This document shows, in pieces, positions 36,301-48,719 of a stretch of DNA of 64,000 bases (position 1 is the first letter of the stretch; every line of letters begins with the position of its first letter). Both the position numbers and the translations under genes were made by a program. This stretch comes from Psammoneis japonica. Taxonomy: Eukaryota. The notes under the pieces are model-generated. The model was not told the DNA's origin, made no database searches, and saw nothing but the letters and a program-made list of their open reading frames with translations. The DNA is taken from positions 186,001-250,000 of the forward strand of contig QPGO01000012.1 in NCBI GenBank assembly GCA_008632985.1, given 5' to 3'.

Positions 36301-38739
36301 GGTCAAGCATCGTTCATGCTGGCAACAACAATGGCACATGAGTGATTTTTGTGCCACACACCATGCAATTTTTCAGATGTCTGTCAGAGTGAAAACAAAG
36401 ATTTGCTCTAAAAGTTTGTGTGCTCTGAAAAAGATTTAGATTGGTGGCCCAGGTGGGCAGCTAAAAAATCTGTCAAAAACACACAAATCTGTGCATTTGT
36501 GCATTTGTTTTTCAGAGCAGCCCAGTGCTGCACATGCATGGCCCTGTCACAACAGGCCCTGCTTGTCAACTGCCAGGTCATTGTGACAATGAGCCAAGAG
36601 GATGCATTCAGGATGATGCAACGGATGGACCAGGTCAACGGCAAAGTTCAAATTGTTTGGCTGGTGGTGTCCATTGTGTTGTGAACATGGAGCCTGTCCA
36701 TGACACACTGTGTTGTTTTAATTGCAGTTGTTGCATGCCAATCACAGCTGTGCTGTTCCAAATGTGGTGGTTTGCTTTGTGTTGGTTGTTTGTTCTGCCT
36801 TGTTGTTGTTGTTGTCTGCAAAGCAAAATGCAGCAGCGGCAGCATCATGTCAGTCATCAGAAGGAAATGTCAGGGAAGCACCATGTGGTGGTTCTTGTTT
36901 TTGCTTGGCACTGACTGCACTGCTGCTGTTGCTGCTGTCATCATGGCTGTGGTGCAGTGGGTCATTCTTCTTGTCATGACAATGTGCGTGCATCATTGTC
37001 TCCAAACCAACAATGAGCCTTGCCAAGCAGCAGCAACACTGATGTTCACGACCATGTCCTTTTGGCACCTTGTGGCAACAACAAGATCTAGAACACCCCA
37101 ACAAAAAGAGCAAACAAGACACATCACAAGATGCCAGTCCTTGGCATTTTTGGGATGATCAAGAAGATGATCAACCCACCCAACTAGATTGTGCTGCTTG
37201 TTCTGCTTGTGATGTCTTATCAGCAGAAGGCTGTGGTGTGACATGATGTGGCAAATCAATGCCATTTTCATCAACCACACTCAAGATGCCAGACAAGACA
37301 TGATGAAACAAGTTCAAGAGGTGCGCCATTTCTGTCAAATGTGGATGTGCATGTGCCCAACATTTGGACATTGCAAACATTGCACAACAAAGTCAAATGT
37401 TCAAGTGGGAAAAAAGAGAAAGCANNNNNNNNNNNNNNNNNNNNNNNNNNNNNNNNNNNNNNNNNNNNNNNNNNNNNNNNNNNNNNNNNNNNNNNNNNNN
37501 NNNNNNNNNNNNNNNNNNNNNNNNNNNNNNNNNNNNNNNNNNNNNNNNNNNNNNNNNNNNNNNNNNNNNNNNNNNNNNNNGGGGGGGGGGGGGGGGCAGC
37601 TGGCACAGGAAATCTCTTTCAACAATCCAATGCCGTGCAAATGCGTCATGTCATGGCACTTGTCTTGGCCTGTCTGGGAGTTAAATTGACAACACTTGAC
37701 CTGACCAATGTGTTGCCATGCAGGATTGGTTGCCATGGGATTGGCCAAGATGCAGGGCAGTGCCAGTGCAGAAACTGACTTGATGGTTTGGGGTGTGAGA
37801 CATGCTGAACACAGCTGATGCTAAAAGGATTTGTTCTTGCAACAAGCACTGCTGCAAAGCACCAATGGCAAAGCACCCATTGTCTGGATGTGTGGATCCA
37901 AATCAGACTGGAGCTTCTTGTTGCAAATGATGACACAAGTTGTGATGGTGGATGCTGTCCCATTGTGATTGCAGCTTGCAACATTTGGGGTGTGTTGACA
38001 TGCTCCTGATGAACATCATGCCTGCTGTTGGATCAACCACATGGATGTCCCCATTTCCAACATGTGCTTTCCCAATGTCACACAGGCAAAGCACAGCATC
38101 GCACCAGTTTGAGTGGAAACCAGGTTGGCACCAATGTCAGCAAATGGGACAACTGCCTCCCCCTGTCTTGCTCAGTGCCTCACAGGCCAAGATGCCCTGC
38201 AAGTCTTCATGAATGGAGCCATGGTTGGGCTGCCCTTGGGTCCCTGTGATTGGCACATGACAGAATGCCACCAAATCATCCAAGCCAAGTTGGTGACTTT
38301 TTGTTGGAGCCCACCACCACAGATGGTGCACCAAATGGCAAGGCATGCTTCCTGCATGGGTCCACACTCTGGCATTGCAGGGAAATGAAAAAGTGCGCGC
38401 AGCTGGCATGCCAAAGCATTGCCAACCTTGTCAAGCCAGTGGTGGGTGTGGCAACATTCCCGCCAATGCTGAGTCCTCCCTGAAAAGGACACGTGCACAT
38501 GGAAGGACACAACATGCATGTGATGCTTGCTTTGACAATCCAGACCAAGGGTTGCCCAACACCTGACATTGTCAGCAGCATGTCAGGACAAAGACACCTC
38601 ACATCATCAGAGGGCAATGTTGATGATGAAGAGGATGCTCTCATCAAGGACATGCCACTGGCACTTTCATGGATCCACTTCTTGTTGCTCTTCTTTTTGT
38701 CCTGGCACTCCCCATGTTTTGACATGGAGAGGAGTTGCA

Positions 38740-39095
38740 ATTGCGCGGCAATGTCTTTGAACCACTTGCCAAGGCTGGCCTTGTTGGCAATGTCATTGTG
38801 GGTTCAAGATTTTGCCAGTGTGAGCTGGACTTTTCAGCAGAGTCCAAGGCAATGCATGGTTTGCCCTTGCCAATGACAGCAGTGGAAGTGACAATGCTGT
38901 ACAATGAAGCAAGAGTGTCTGTTGATGAATTTTCTGAAGAAAGGACAAAAAACCAGTGACACCCTCTGGCCTGGTCTCATGTGGAACACCCCACATCACA
39001 AATTCTTGGATGTGTGATCCTGTGTGGTGTTTGCTTTGGCATGCTCACAAGTGGATCAAGAGCACATTTTGTGCTTTTGAAAGGGGACACAGTGA
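38740..39095 (+). repeat. Diverged direct repeat, copy 1, of a protein-coding relic domain
   Basis: VFEPLAKAGLVG..GSRFCQ..AMHGL..SVDE..LWPGLM..TPHHKFLD..ACSQVDQEHILCF; matches 42720-43110. Confidence 0.85.
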
Positions 39096-42000
39096 ATGAT
39101 CAGTGATGCATGTTTCACCGGGCAGGAAAGTCACCTCCCTTCACATTTTTGAGAACTGGATGCTGGAATTTATTCTCACTGATCTGCTTCATCACAAGAC
39201 AACTTGTCTCTTTCATTGTCCAGAACTTTCTTGTTGCCAAAACATCAGTGGCACATTTCTCTTTTGACCTGGTCATTCAGTCAGCTGCTCACCACCACAA
39301 CCTGAAATGGCCTGGTCTAAAATGCAAGTGCTGCATGGGCAGAAGCAACTGAAGATGAAGGAGCCACAAAATGTGTTGGACATGCAACTTGCATCAGGCA
39401 GGGCCACACACGTCATTGTTTCATTTGCAAATCATGTTGTCTGTGAGAGCTGTGGTGCTGGGGAAACAATGTTTGCTCTCTTCAGAAGCACCGCAGCACT
39501 GGCACCTGGGTTGTCCAAAGGAGTGCTGGCATTTTTTGGCATCACTTCAACAATTTGAGTGTGTGTTGCATTGCCAAAAAAGCATGCTGTCTTTCAGTCT
39601 GGCCGGGCCTTCCTGTGTGGGGCAAGATGATGTTCAAAAGGAACAAACAGATGATGATGGATGGCAAGCAAAAATTGGCTCCTCCTTTGTGGTGGGAACC
39701 CTGGACACAGCAAAAGGAGGTGTGAAACCCGGGATGGTTTGTGCTGACATGCACACAAGTGTCAACTTTCTGAGCTTTCCCCTTGACTTGCCACCAACCA
39801 CATTTAAAAAATTGCATTGTCAACTGACAAGTTTGCTGTCAATTGAAGTGCCGTCAAATGCACGCACACAGAGTGGCACACAACACATGAGTGGAGTTCT
39901 GTGATTTAATTGTTTGGGCTTTTCTTGCACTGAACAATGTGGAGGCAACATCATGATGATCTGTGCATGAATTTCTGCTGTTGTCATGATGAGATGACTG
40001 GGTTCTTGAGTTTGGTTGCATTCTGTGTTCTCAAATCATTTTTTGTCCTGATTGTTCTTTCCTTGGTGGATCATGCTCTTTGTTTGATGGAGCAATGACA
40101 TGCAACATGCAAGGCACAATTTGCAACATGCTGGTTTTGTTGCAATTGCTGTGGTTCACACCCACAATGCCGGTTGTGTTGCATGTGCTGCGCAGTTTGC
40201 AGAGAGGATTGTGACATGGGCAAGCAGATGCAGGCAGCATTTGTCTGTTGTGTGGTGACACTGTGGTGGGAAATAGAAAGAAGTGCCCTTGCAATCAGAG
40301 ACAAAATTTCAAAAATTAGAACAAATGCTCAGAAGCAGTTTCTTTTCAGTGTTGTGTCATTTGCCAGATCCCAACATCTTGTTGCACTGCTCTTTGGTTC
40401 CATCAACTAGAGCAGGGCTTTACACCCATCCAGCAGCATGCACAGATTTGAGCCTCTCTTCAGCAGCTGTTGAAGATGCAGACCATTTCTGGTTTTAACC
40501 CCAGAGAGCATGACATGCACCCAGTTTTTAGTGTGGTTCCAGCTGTGTGCAAAAACATTGTCTGCACCACTTTCTTGTGGCTTTTGTCCAGTTGTTGCAT
40601 TGTTTGTTGCAAAGGGCACTTGGCTTGCTTTCAGGGACAGTGCGTGCTTCTCTCTTTCATTTGCAATCATGTCTTGCATTGGGTCTTTGATGCAGGCTTT
40701 GAATTTGGTTGATTTGAGCTTGAGCAAAAAGGTTGGCACAGGTCAATGCTTTTGTTGCTGTGGTTGAGCACTGCATGATCCACCTGGGATGCTGTCACAC
40801 CTGGAGCAGATGCCCCACAGTCTAAAACAACTGGTGACAAACTCTTTCACAGTTTCAGCATGACTTTTGCTGTGGTTGCCTGTGTTTTCTGTTTGCAATG
40901 CCACTGGCCACATTGTTGCTGTGCAGTGGCTGTCATCACTCTGCACCCTGCGTGTGTTTGCAATGACACTGGATGAAGTCTTCCCAGCTGCATGACCACC
41001 TGCTCTCTCCACAGTTCTTCCAGAATGTTTTGTGCACAGGAAGAGGTCCCACCATGCATCCAACACCACTTGACAATGTCAATGTGAGTCTGCTTGCTTG
41101 CCAGCCCCCCACCAACATTTGTTGTGGCTCCAAGCAAGACCCATTGTCGCAGAGCAAAGGCAGCAGCATGCAAATGACAACAGATCATTGTTCCACATTG
41201 GTTTGCACTGCACACCACTGAACCATTGTCAACTGCACTCCATTCAGCAGCAGAGCATTGGTGTCATCACCCCAGTGGCAACATTGACAGATTTGGGGAT
41301 GAACACAAAGATGCTTGCATTGGATTTGAAGATGACACCAGCTCTAAAACACAAATGCTGCAATTTCATTCAAGGAAAACTTTTCTGATGAACCCCGTGA
41401 GCAGACAAAAACAATGACGCTGACATCTTTCACCAACAAGCAGACTTGCCATTGCCTGCCTGCTCTCCCTTGGTGGAAAAAGCTGCTGCGTAGATTCGAG
41501 ATGTGGGAACAATTTGCAATGACATGAACGTGATGCTGGTGGAAAATGCCATTCTTTTCAACACCTTGACCAAGGTGGGTGCACATGTGCAAAATGCAAA
41601 ACAGCCATTTGCAGTGCAGTCTGTCCCTTGGAACGTGCTGCAGACTCAAAAGGAACACTCAGAACACACACCATTGCACTGCAAAAATGTGTGCTTTGTT
41701 TTAAGATTCCAAGATGATTTGTCTCAAGTTTCTGGCACTGCATTGGGTTTGTTTGGAAAGCAGTTGTTTTGCCATTTGCAATCCCTGCACACCACCCAAA
41801 ATGGCTGTGGCAAATCCTGTGACAATTCCTTGTTTTTGAGCGGTCATCCTCCAGACTTGGAGATGTCATCCAAGGCGTTTTTGAGGCTGCCCCTGCTTGT
41901 CAATGTCAACAGATCATTTCAAATTGGCAAACCATGATGCACAGAGCTCCAAGATGAGATGAGGACATTTGCATTGTCATTGAGCAGTGCTTGTTCCACG

Positions 42001-42719
42001 TGTGCAGCCGGCCTTTTGGAAACCATGGAGACATCCCAGCAGGACAACTTTGCAAGTCCACAGCATTGTGCAGCATGCAAGTGACATCAGGCATGGTCTC
42101 CTGTGCTGTCAGCAGGGCCTCAACTCATTGCATCTTGCATCTTGCTTGCTTGCTTGCTCCAAGGGGCCAAAGGAGAAAGGGGAAGGTGACCAACCATGGG
42201 AGGCACTCCTGATGCTGACATTCAGGCCATTGCCAGTTTCTGTCATTTCTTCATGGAACACAGTGATGACAGAATTGTCCCAACTTTGGATTTGTCTCAT
42301 CAACAGGATTTAGGAATCCCAAAAGACAACCACAGGGATGTCATCCTTGCAAATGACAAGGTTGTCAAGCATGAGGAACAGAAAACCCAAAAGCAGCAGA
42401 TCAAATCACATTGTTGTCGACATCCATTGTTGCAAGATGAGCTGACACAGGAGGAAGTTTTGGCTCTCCATGTTGCTGTGCTCCATGTCTCCTTGCAGAC
42501 TCAAGACTCCACTTTGTTTTGCAGCCCACTTTCTGATTTTTGTGCAAATTGACACTGTCCAAAAAGAGTTGAATTTTGGAATGAGTTTGAGCCATCTGCC
42601 AACAATTCTTGTGCTGGCCAAGAGCAAGAAATCATTTCAGTTCTAGATTCCACAATGATGGACAGCACGGGTGATCTTGGGGGTTGCGTGGAAGAGAAAG
42701 ATGAGAAGAAATGCACAGA

Positions 42720-43110
42720 TGACAGAGTTTTCCAACCCCTCAAAAAAGCTGGTCTCATTGGCACTGCAACAAGAGGCTCAAGATTTTGCCAGGGCAACCC
42801 CAACTTTTCAGTGACAGTGCCAAGCAACAAAACAAAAACAGTTGGAAGGGCCAAGAAGGCAATGCATGGTTTGCTCTTGTCAATTGCTGCACAGGAAGCA
42901 GCAGTGCAGTGCAATGATGTGAGGGCATCTGTTGATGAATTGGATGACGAGAGGTCAAACCACCAGCGCAACGCCCTCTGGCCTGGTCTCATGCACGGCA
43001 CTCCACATCACAAATTTTTGGACACATGGTCCTCAATGGTGTTTGCTGTGGCATGCTCACAAGTTGATCAAGAACACATTTTGTGCTTTTAAAGAGGGGC
43101 ACCGTGACAG
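42720..43110 (+). repeat. Diverged direct repeat, copy 2
   Basis: VFQPLKKAGLIG..GSRFCQ..AMHGL..SVDE..LWPGLMHGTPHHKFLD..ACSQVDQEHILCF. Confidence 0.85.
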
Positions 43111-43947
43111 GTGAGAAGAGGAAGTGTGCGCCAGTGATGCACAGTTCATTGGGCAAGAAAGTTGCCTCCATCCGCGGGCCTTCTTCTGCTTGATTGAATG
43201 CAACAATGTACAACCACACCTTGACAAAAATGGGCTTGCTCAGGAATGGCCCAAAGGAAAACCAGATGAGCTGAAGAAGAGACCCATTTCTGGGTCCGAT
43301 CAAGGAATGTCCAAAAGAACACTTTGTTTTAAGTGTGGTGGCTTTGATGTGGGTGAAAGTCAAGACAGTTCAAAATCTTGGAAGCTCATGATCTGCAATT
43401 GTGGCATGAAGACACCAATGACAAAATGCTCTGCTGGTTGAAACATCTTCATTTTTGAACACTGTCTCACCCTGGTGCTGCACTGAGTTGTTTGCATTCC
43501 TGTCCATTTTGACTGTCACATGGAGATTGAACATGCAGTCAACCAATTGGCACACACGATGATTTGCAGAAAGCAATTGCCAATTTGGCTGGGACCTCCA
43601 CCTCCAAAAGTTGGACCTGTCACTTCAAAAAGTTTTTTGATGTTGACAGACGGAAAAAGAATTTTTGTGGAAATTTGAGATCAATGCTGCACATGTCCCA
43701 CTGCATCGGCATTGGTGTTGCTGATCAATGAAGCAAGAAAAGACACGCAAGTGCAACTTTGGGACACATGACTGAAAATCATGTCCCCGCTCATTTATTT
43801 AATTCGGGAAAAGTAATAAGGCGCTGCCAGACTGGCTGACTGACTCGACGGAATAGACCAGATTGAACATCAACTTGCCCGCTGCTCCTGACTCGATCGC
43901 ATATATTACGTTTGAGTCTTGAGCAATTTCAATGTCGAAAACTGGAT

Positions 43948-46834
43948 TCATTTTTTAGTGTTGACAATCTGTCCACGGAATCGTTTGATCCTTCTATCCT
44001 TTTTGTCCAAAACCAGGTCCACAAATTTGGATGCTTTGTAAACGCGTCGGGGTGTACCATCTTGCGCTTCTTCTCCGGGTGGCAACATAGGGACATCGAT
44101 TGTTGTGTTTCGGGAGAGAAAATACATTTCTTTGCCTGCGTCATAAAAGACTTTCACCTTGACCAGTGTTTCAACGCCCTCTTTCACGGCGTCCCCTATG
44201 CGTCGGAAGTCACCCTGAACATTGGCCCTGAAATACATTCCTGGCGGCAAAGCAACCGGGTCCTGTCTTACAACTGCTTTACCGTTTCGCCTCAATCGTA
44301 TTTTAACGAGCACCGGATCTTGAAGATACATGTATTTGGTGGTATCAACAATGGCATCAAAAGGCATTGACGATGACTTGATCTGGAGTGCCGAATCATT
44401 CTCATAGTTTGCTGTACCGTATCGTTGATAATCGTTAGTCTTGCAGTAGTCGTTGAGGTGGTTGGGAGACACATTGAAAACTTCGCAGTACTTCGGGAAA
44501 GCTTTTGTAAGCGAAAGGTACGTGCAGCATGAAAAACGTTCGTTCACTGCCCCCACAGTCCCACTCAAATCTTGCATGTATGTTTTTCCTGATATAAAGT
44601 ATTTGCTTCCTTGGCAGCCTGGAATGCACCTGACCTTGTCGTATCCTGCGGGTGTGTTCCCAACTAGGTCAGCCCATTTCTCGCATGAGCTCGTGACAGA
44701 GCAGTTAGGATCATCGCCACTTCCATCTCCATAGGTATATTCATCATTTAATTCAAATAACGAGTGACCGAGCTCATGTACTGCAACGAGGGCTCCTGCT
44801 GGATGGGTAGACATAGTGGCAATGTTTTTCGATGGATAGCCAGCGCCCCCATATCTGGCATCATTGTGGATTGCAACGATCTGTAAATTGGCACCAATTG
44901 AAAAACATTTGCTCGCAAGGGTTTCAGTAATCTCAATATCGCAACACCTGCGAGTGAAAAATATTCATTTAATTGGACGTTCCCTTGAAGCGCAAGAAAA
45001 AGTCCTGTTGTGACCAAAAACTTACAGTAGACGATCAATACCGGCACATCCGTAATCACAGAAAGATCCGCTCATTCCAGGGGGGTCGACATAAAACACA
45101 TTCAGCTGATCTACATCTTTCCCAAACATGTTGTAGTTCCCGAAAAAGTGAGTTGTCTTCATAACGTGTTCACGCCAGGCCTCGTGCGTGCTCGAGTTGA
45201 ATGCAGATCCAACAAACACAACGATAATCGCGTTGGTGTGAAATGGAGTCCCGTAGTGGTGCTTAATTGGGTGGCACTCAACCGAGGCCATGCAGACTCC
45301 ACTACGACATGTTCTTGAAATGCATTCCTTGTTTGAAGAACATGTCATTCCTGTAGTTTTTGGGGTTATTTCTTGAATCGAAATCGTAGGGGTATGTGTT
45401 GGCGCCTCCGCTTTGGAAACCGGCGGATGAGGACGCTTGAGCATCGACTCATGTATTTGTTCAGTGGCAGATAACGATGGGGGGTCCGTTGGTACTAGAC
45501 TAGCGGTAGGAGTAGGCATCAGACTACGGCTCAGCGTGGATTGCGCGGTGGGGAGTTGTGTTGTTCCCCTGGTAGGTTCAGGAGATGGCGCCAAAGATTT
45601 AGAAGCAGTAGGTAGCTCTGTTCTTGGTCGTGTTGGTTTGGAAGAAGGCGAACTTGTCGGAGCCGGTGATGGCCGCAATGTAGGTGAAGTGGTGGGTTGA
45701 CCTGATGGATATTTTGTGGGAGTTAATGTTGGCACCGCTGACGGAGTGGGGGTTGCTTTGACGTTGGGGAAAAGTTGGTGAGCGTGATGGCGTTCTAGTT
45801 GGTGATTGCGTAGGCAACACCGTAGGAGAAATCGTCGGAGACCCGGTAGGAGTGACAGTTGGCCGCAAGGTGAGCGAAATAGAGGGATGTTGTGTAGGCG
45901 AGTGACTCGGATTCTCAGTAGATATCAGCATGGGTCGCAAAGAAGGTGTTGGATCCAGCTTTGCAACCCGTTGGCCACCGCCGCATGCACAACAGGCTTT
46001 CGCTGCAACGGTGCCTTTGTTTTCGAAAAAATCTCCATACTGCCGACAGTTATCGTCCTCTCCATACCAATCGCAGTCGTACTGCTCACCGTCACCGTCA
46101 TACCAGCCTGCAGGAGAATCACTACAAAACAATTCGATTTCATCTATTGTTGGCTTGGCGCTCGGTGACATGGTCGGCTCGAAAGTTGGGAAAGCGGTTT
46201 GTTCAACAATCGGAGGTGGCAAAATGCAAGTGACATCCAACAAGGGCTCTTTCCCTCTTTCCTCTTTCGAATAGTACTTTATCATCCAGTTCCCATCACT
46301 GGATTCGTCTGTTGTAAGAGCAAAAGAAACTACAGAATCTCCTTCTTTCACCTTTGCGTCAATGTAAGACGTGACATCAAACAAAACATAGTTCTCTTGA
46401 TCATGAAATACTGTTTGGCTGTCAATGACATGGCCAATGGGTGGTTTATTCTCCCACGTTATTGTTGATTCATCCCAAGAATCATCGTTCACGGCGTGAA
46501 TGTGATGCAACACCGGGATATCTCGATCTCGGAATACCTTGAGCATCACTTTGGCCTCCGAAACTTTGCCATTAATCCTTCCTAAATTAAATTTGAGAAA
46601 AGAATGGCGGGTTCGCCCTCGTTGCCGCATCACCTGTAGTATTTTCACGTCTCTGGCATATGGTGGAGACACGCCATTTCTAACCGTAGGATATTGCTCG
46701 TTCGTAAAAGCGTCATCGATTGGCATTTCAACGAATTCCCTTAACGAGCATGTAATAGGAACAATCAGATGCGTGGCTAGTAAAAGAAAGAGAGAAACAG
46801 CTGCCTGGCGGATTGTGCATTTTGCTTGCAGCAT
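43948..46834 (-). CDS. Secreted modular protein: DNRLRE/CBM96-like domain, small Cys-rich domain, Pro/Thr/Ser stalk and peptidase M64-like zinc metalloprotease; intron 44948-45025, frameshift near 45740-45795
   Basis: Signal peptide; SFLKFNL..SWDESTITWENKP..FDVT; PTxSPT repeats; the spliced exon gives HNDARYGGAG..VAVHELGHSLFELNDEY. Confidence 0.8.
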
Positions 46835-48719
46835 TTTCGTTACCTACTTCGAAACTTCGACTTGTGTGTACATACAGTATTTCGAACACAAAGAAATATC
46901 CAGCAGGAGGAGTCTCTCAACTGCGATGACCGATGATAATGTGGTCGCAGCGTAGCGCGGGAAGCTCAAGCACCCAACAGGACTCCCACTGCTCGAGTGT
47001 GAGGGGGCCTAAGTAATTCTAAAAACCGTTAACGGCCGTTACTATGTAATTTGGTAGTATTTTGGTACTCTATATATGAGGCATTTATGTAGAAATTACG
47101 TACGTACAAACATAAGGGGAAACGAGCGTGGAGAAGAGACGACGCGAGCGAAGCACGAGCGAAGAGACCGACAATGATGGATGCAAGTGCCGGAGAGAGA
47201 CGCAAGGAGAGCAATCCAACGATATTGCAAGGGCGCAAAAGAGAGAAACGATCTATTTGAGTTAGTGCCATATCTTCAATAAAAAGAACAAAGCAAGAAG
47301 ACATTGGCATGCACAAAAACTTACACAAAGAAGCACGGCACCAGCGCCTGCAGAATGACCACATCTGCGGTGACATGGAACAACACAAGGAGGTGAGAAC
47401 ATACTTTTCTACAAATACAACGCAACAACGAGCAAACGACCAATAGAAACTCACCAGTAGGGTCAAAACTTGGGGTGCCTGGATCGTCAACGGCGGGAGG
47501 AACGACAGATGAAAGAGAGTCTGCTGGTTCCACGGAGCAGGACGACAAAAGCAGGCGGTAGATCGGCATGAGCAATGGTAGAAAGTTGGCACTTGGGATC
47601 GAGTGACTCGTCCAGTCCATAAAAGTCGTGGTAGTAGCTTGGAGAACGGAGGCAGCGCCATGGTGGGACGGCGTGGACCGGGACAGAAGCAGCACGCCAT
47701 GGTGGAACGGTGACGGAGCCAAAAACGGTGACGGCGACGGTGCACACCCATGGACTTCGATATCCCCATCTTCGAGTCCTATACATCAAGATGCGGGACA
47801 AGGAGGTTCAAGGTGAGCGCCATTGCGAACGAGAACGGGGGAAAACGAGACCTGATTCCGTGAGAATCAGAACTCACCACATTTTGAGTCATTCTGACCC
47901 ATTCTAGAGCCGTGGCTCACTCACATGGCACGACCCAATGGCGTACAACACTATCAAGCAAGGTAGGGGTCGGGAGGCGGTGTCGTACCGGTCAAATCGG
48001 CCAAAAGCGCCATTGTCGGAGGGAGCGGTGGTTGTCGATCGGCCGCTCGGAAAAATTATGAGCCATCAACTCGACCGCGCACCGTTCGGAGTCGAACAAA
48101 ATTTCTCCGGTACAAAATGTACACAAATGTACGTCAGTATAAAAATCGTGTAGAAGGGTTGTAAGTAGAACCGTTACTCTCTCTATGTAGACTACAAGGA
48201 TTCTGCCGTTAAACTATACCAATATGTATAATTCTACGTGGTCGATTTGAATCAATCCCACCAACGTTTTTGAATTTCGATCGTAATAACGGCTTTAGGT
48301 GCTGAGATGAATATAATATATAAGTTTGAATTAAATATCATATATAGCGTTAATAATTTTGAATGATGCGCGACTGCCAGTCGGCACCAAAAACCGTCGC
48401 CAATAAGTAAACCTGCAGTACAAAAGTACTCTTTGCAATACGTTGGTACTTCAGTCTTGCACATGAAAGCGCTCCCTAAGTATTTAACGGTCGAACTATA
48501 TATATAAAATCCTCACAGCGGGAGACCCTATATACGCTCCCGTGTGCACTCAACGCGCCTCGGTTACGACCTTCTCGTTGGGTTGCACAATGGCGAGAAC
48601 GACCCCAGCGAGGAGGGTGGACGACGAGGAGGGCTACCTCGTCGGTCTCCACCTCGTTGCTTGGACCCTTCTCGTCGGGTTCGGTGGGGCCGAACCCTCC
48701 TCGTCAGGCTCCATGAGTG

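Larger units (their letters stand above)
25420..43790. other. Hypermutated domain 2 (25.4-28.8 kb TpA-depleted but CpG-retaining; 29.7-43.8 kb depleted of both)
   Basis: By-eye dinucleotide reading; the 636-aa ORF contains no Tyr. Includes N gaps 29304-29739 and 37425-37580. Confidence 0.9.

Noticed and set aside
12230..43790. Alternative genetic code, endogenous giant virus or contaminant as the cause of the odd composition
   Set aside because: The bias is frame-independent, graded within single elements and also affects a copy of a neighbouring host gene. No viral hallmark genes were recognised.
12230..43790. Classical fungal-type RIP
   Set aside because: RIP enriches TpA and depletes CpA; the opposite is seen here.
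47029..47769. 246-aa ORF as a protein-coding gene
   Set aside because: It reads through apparent introns and has a non-protein-like composition.
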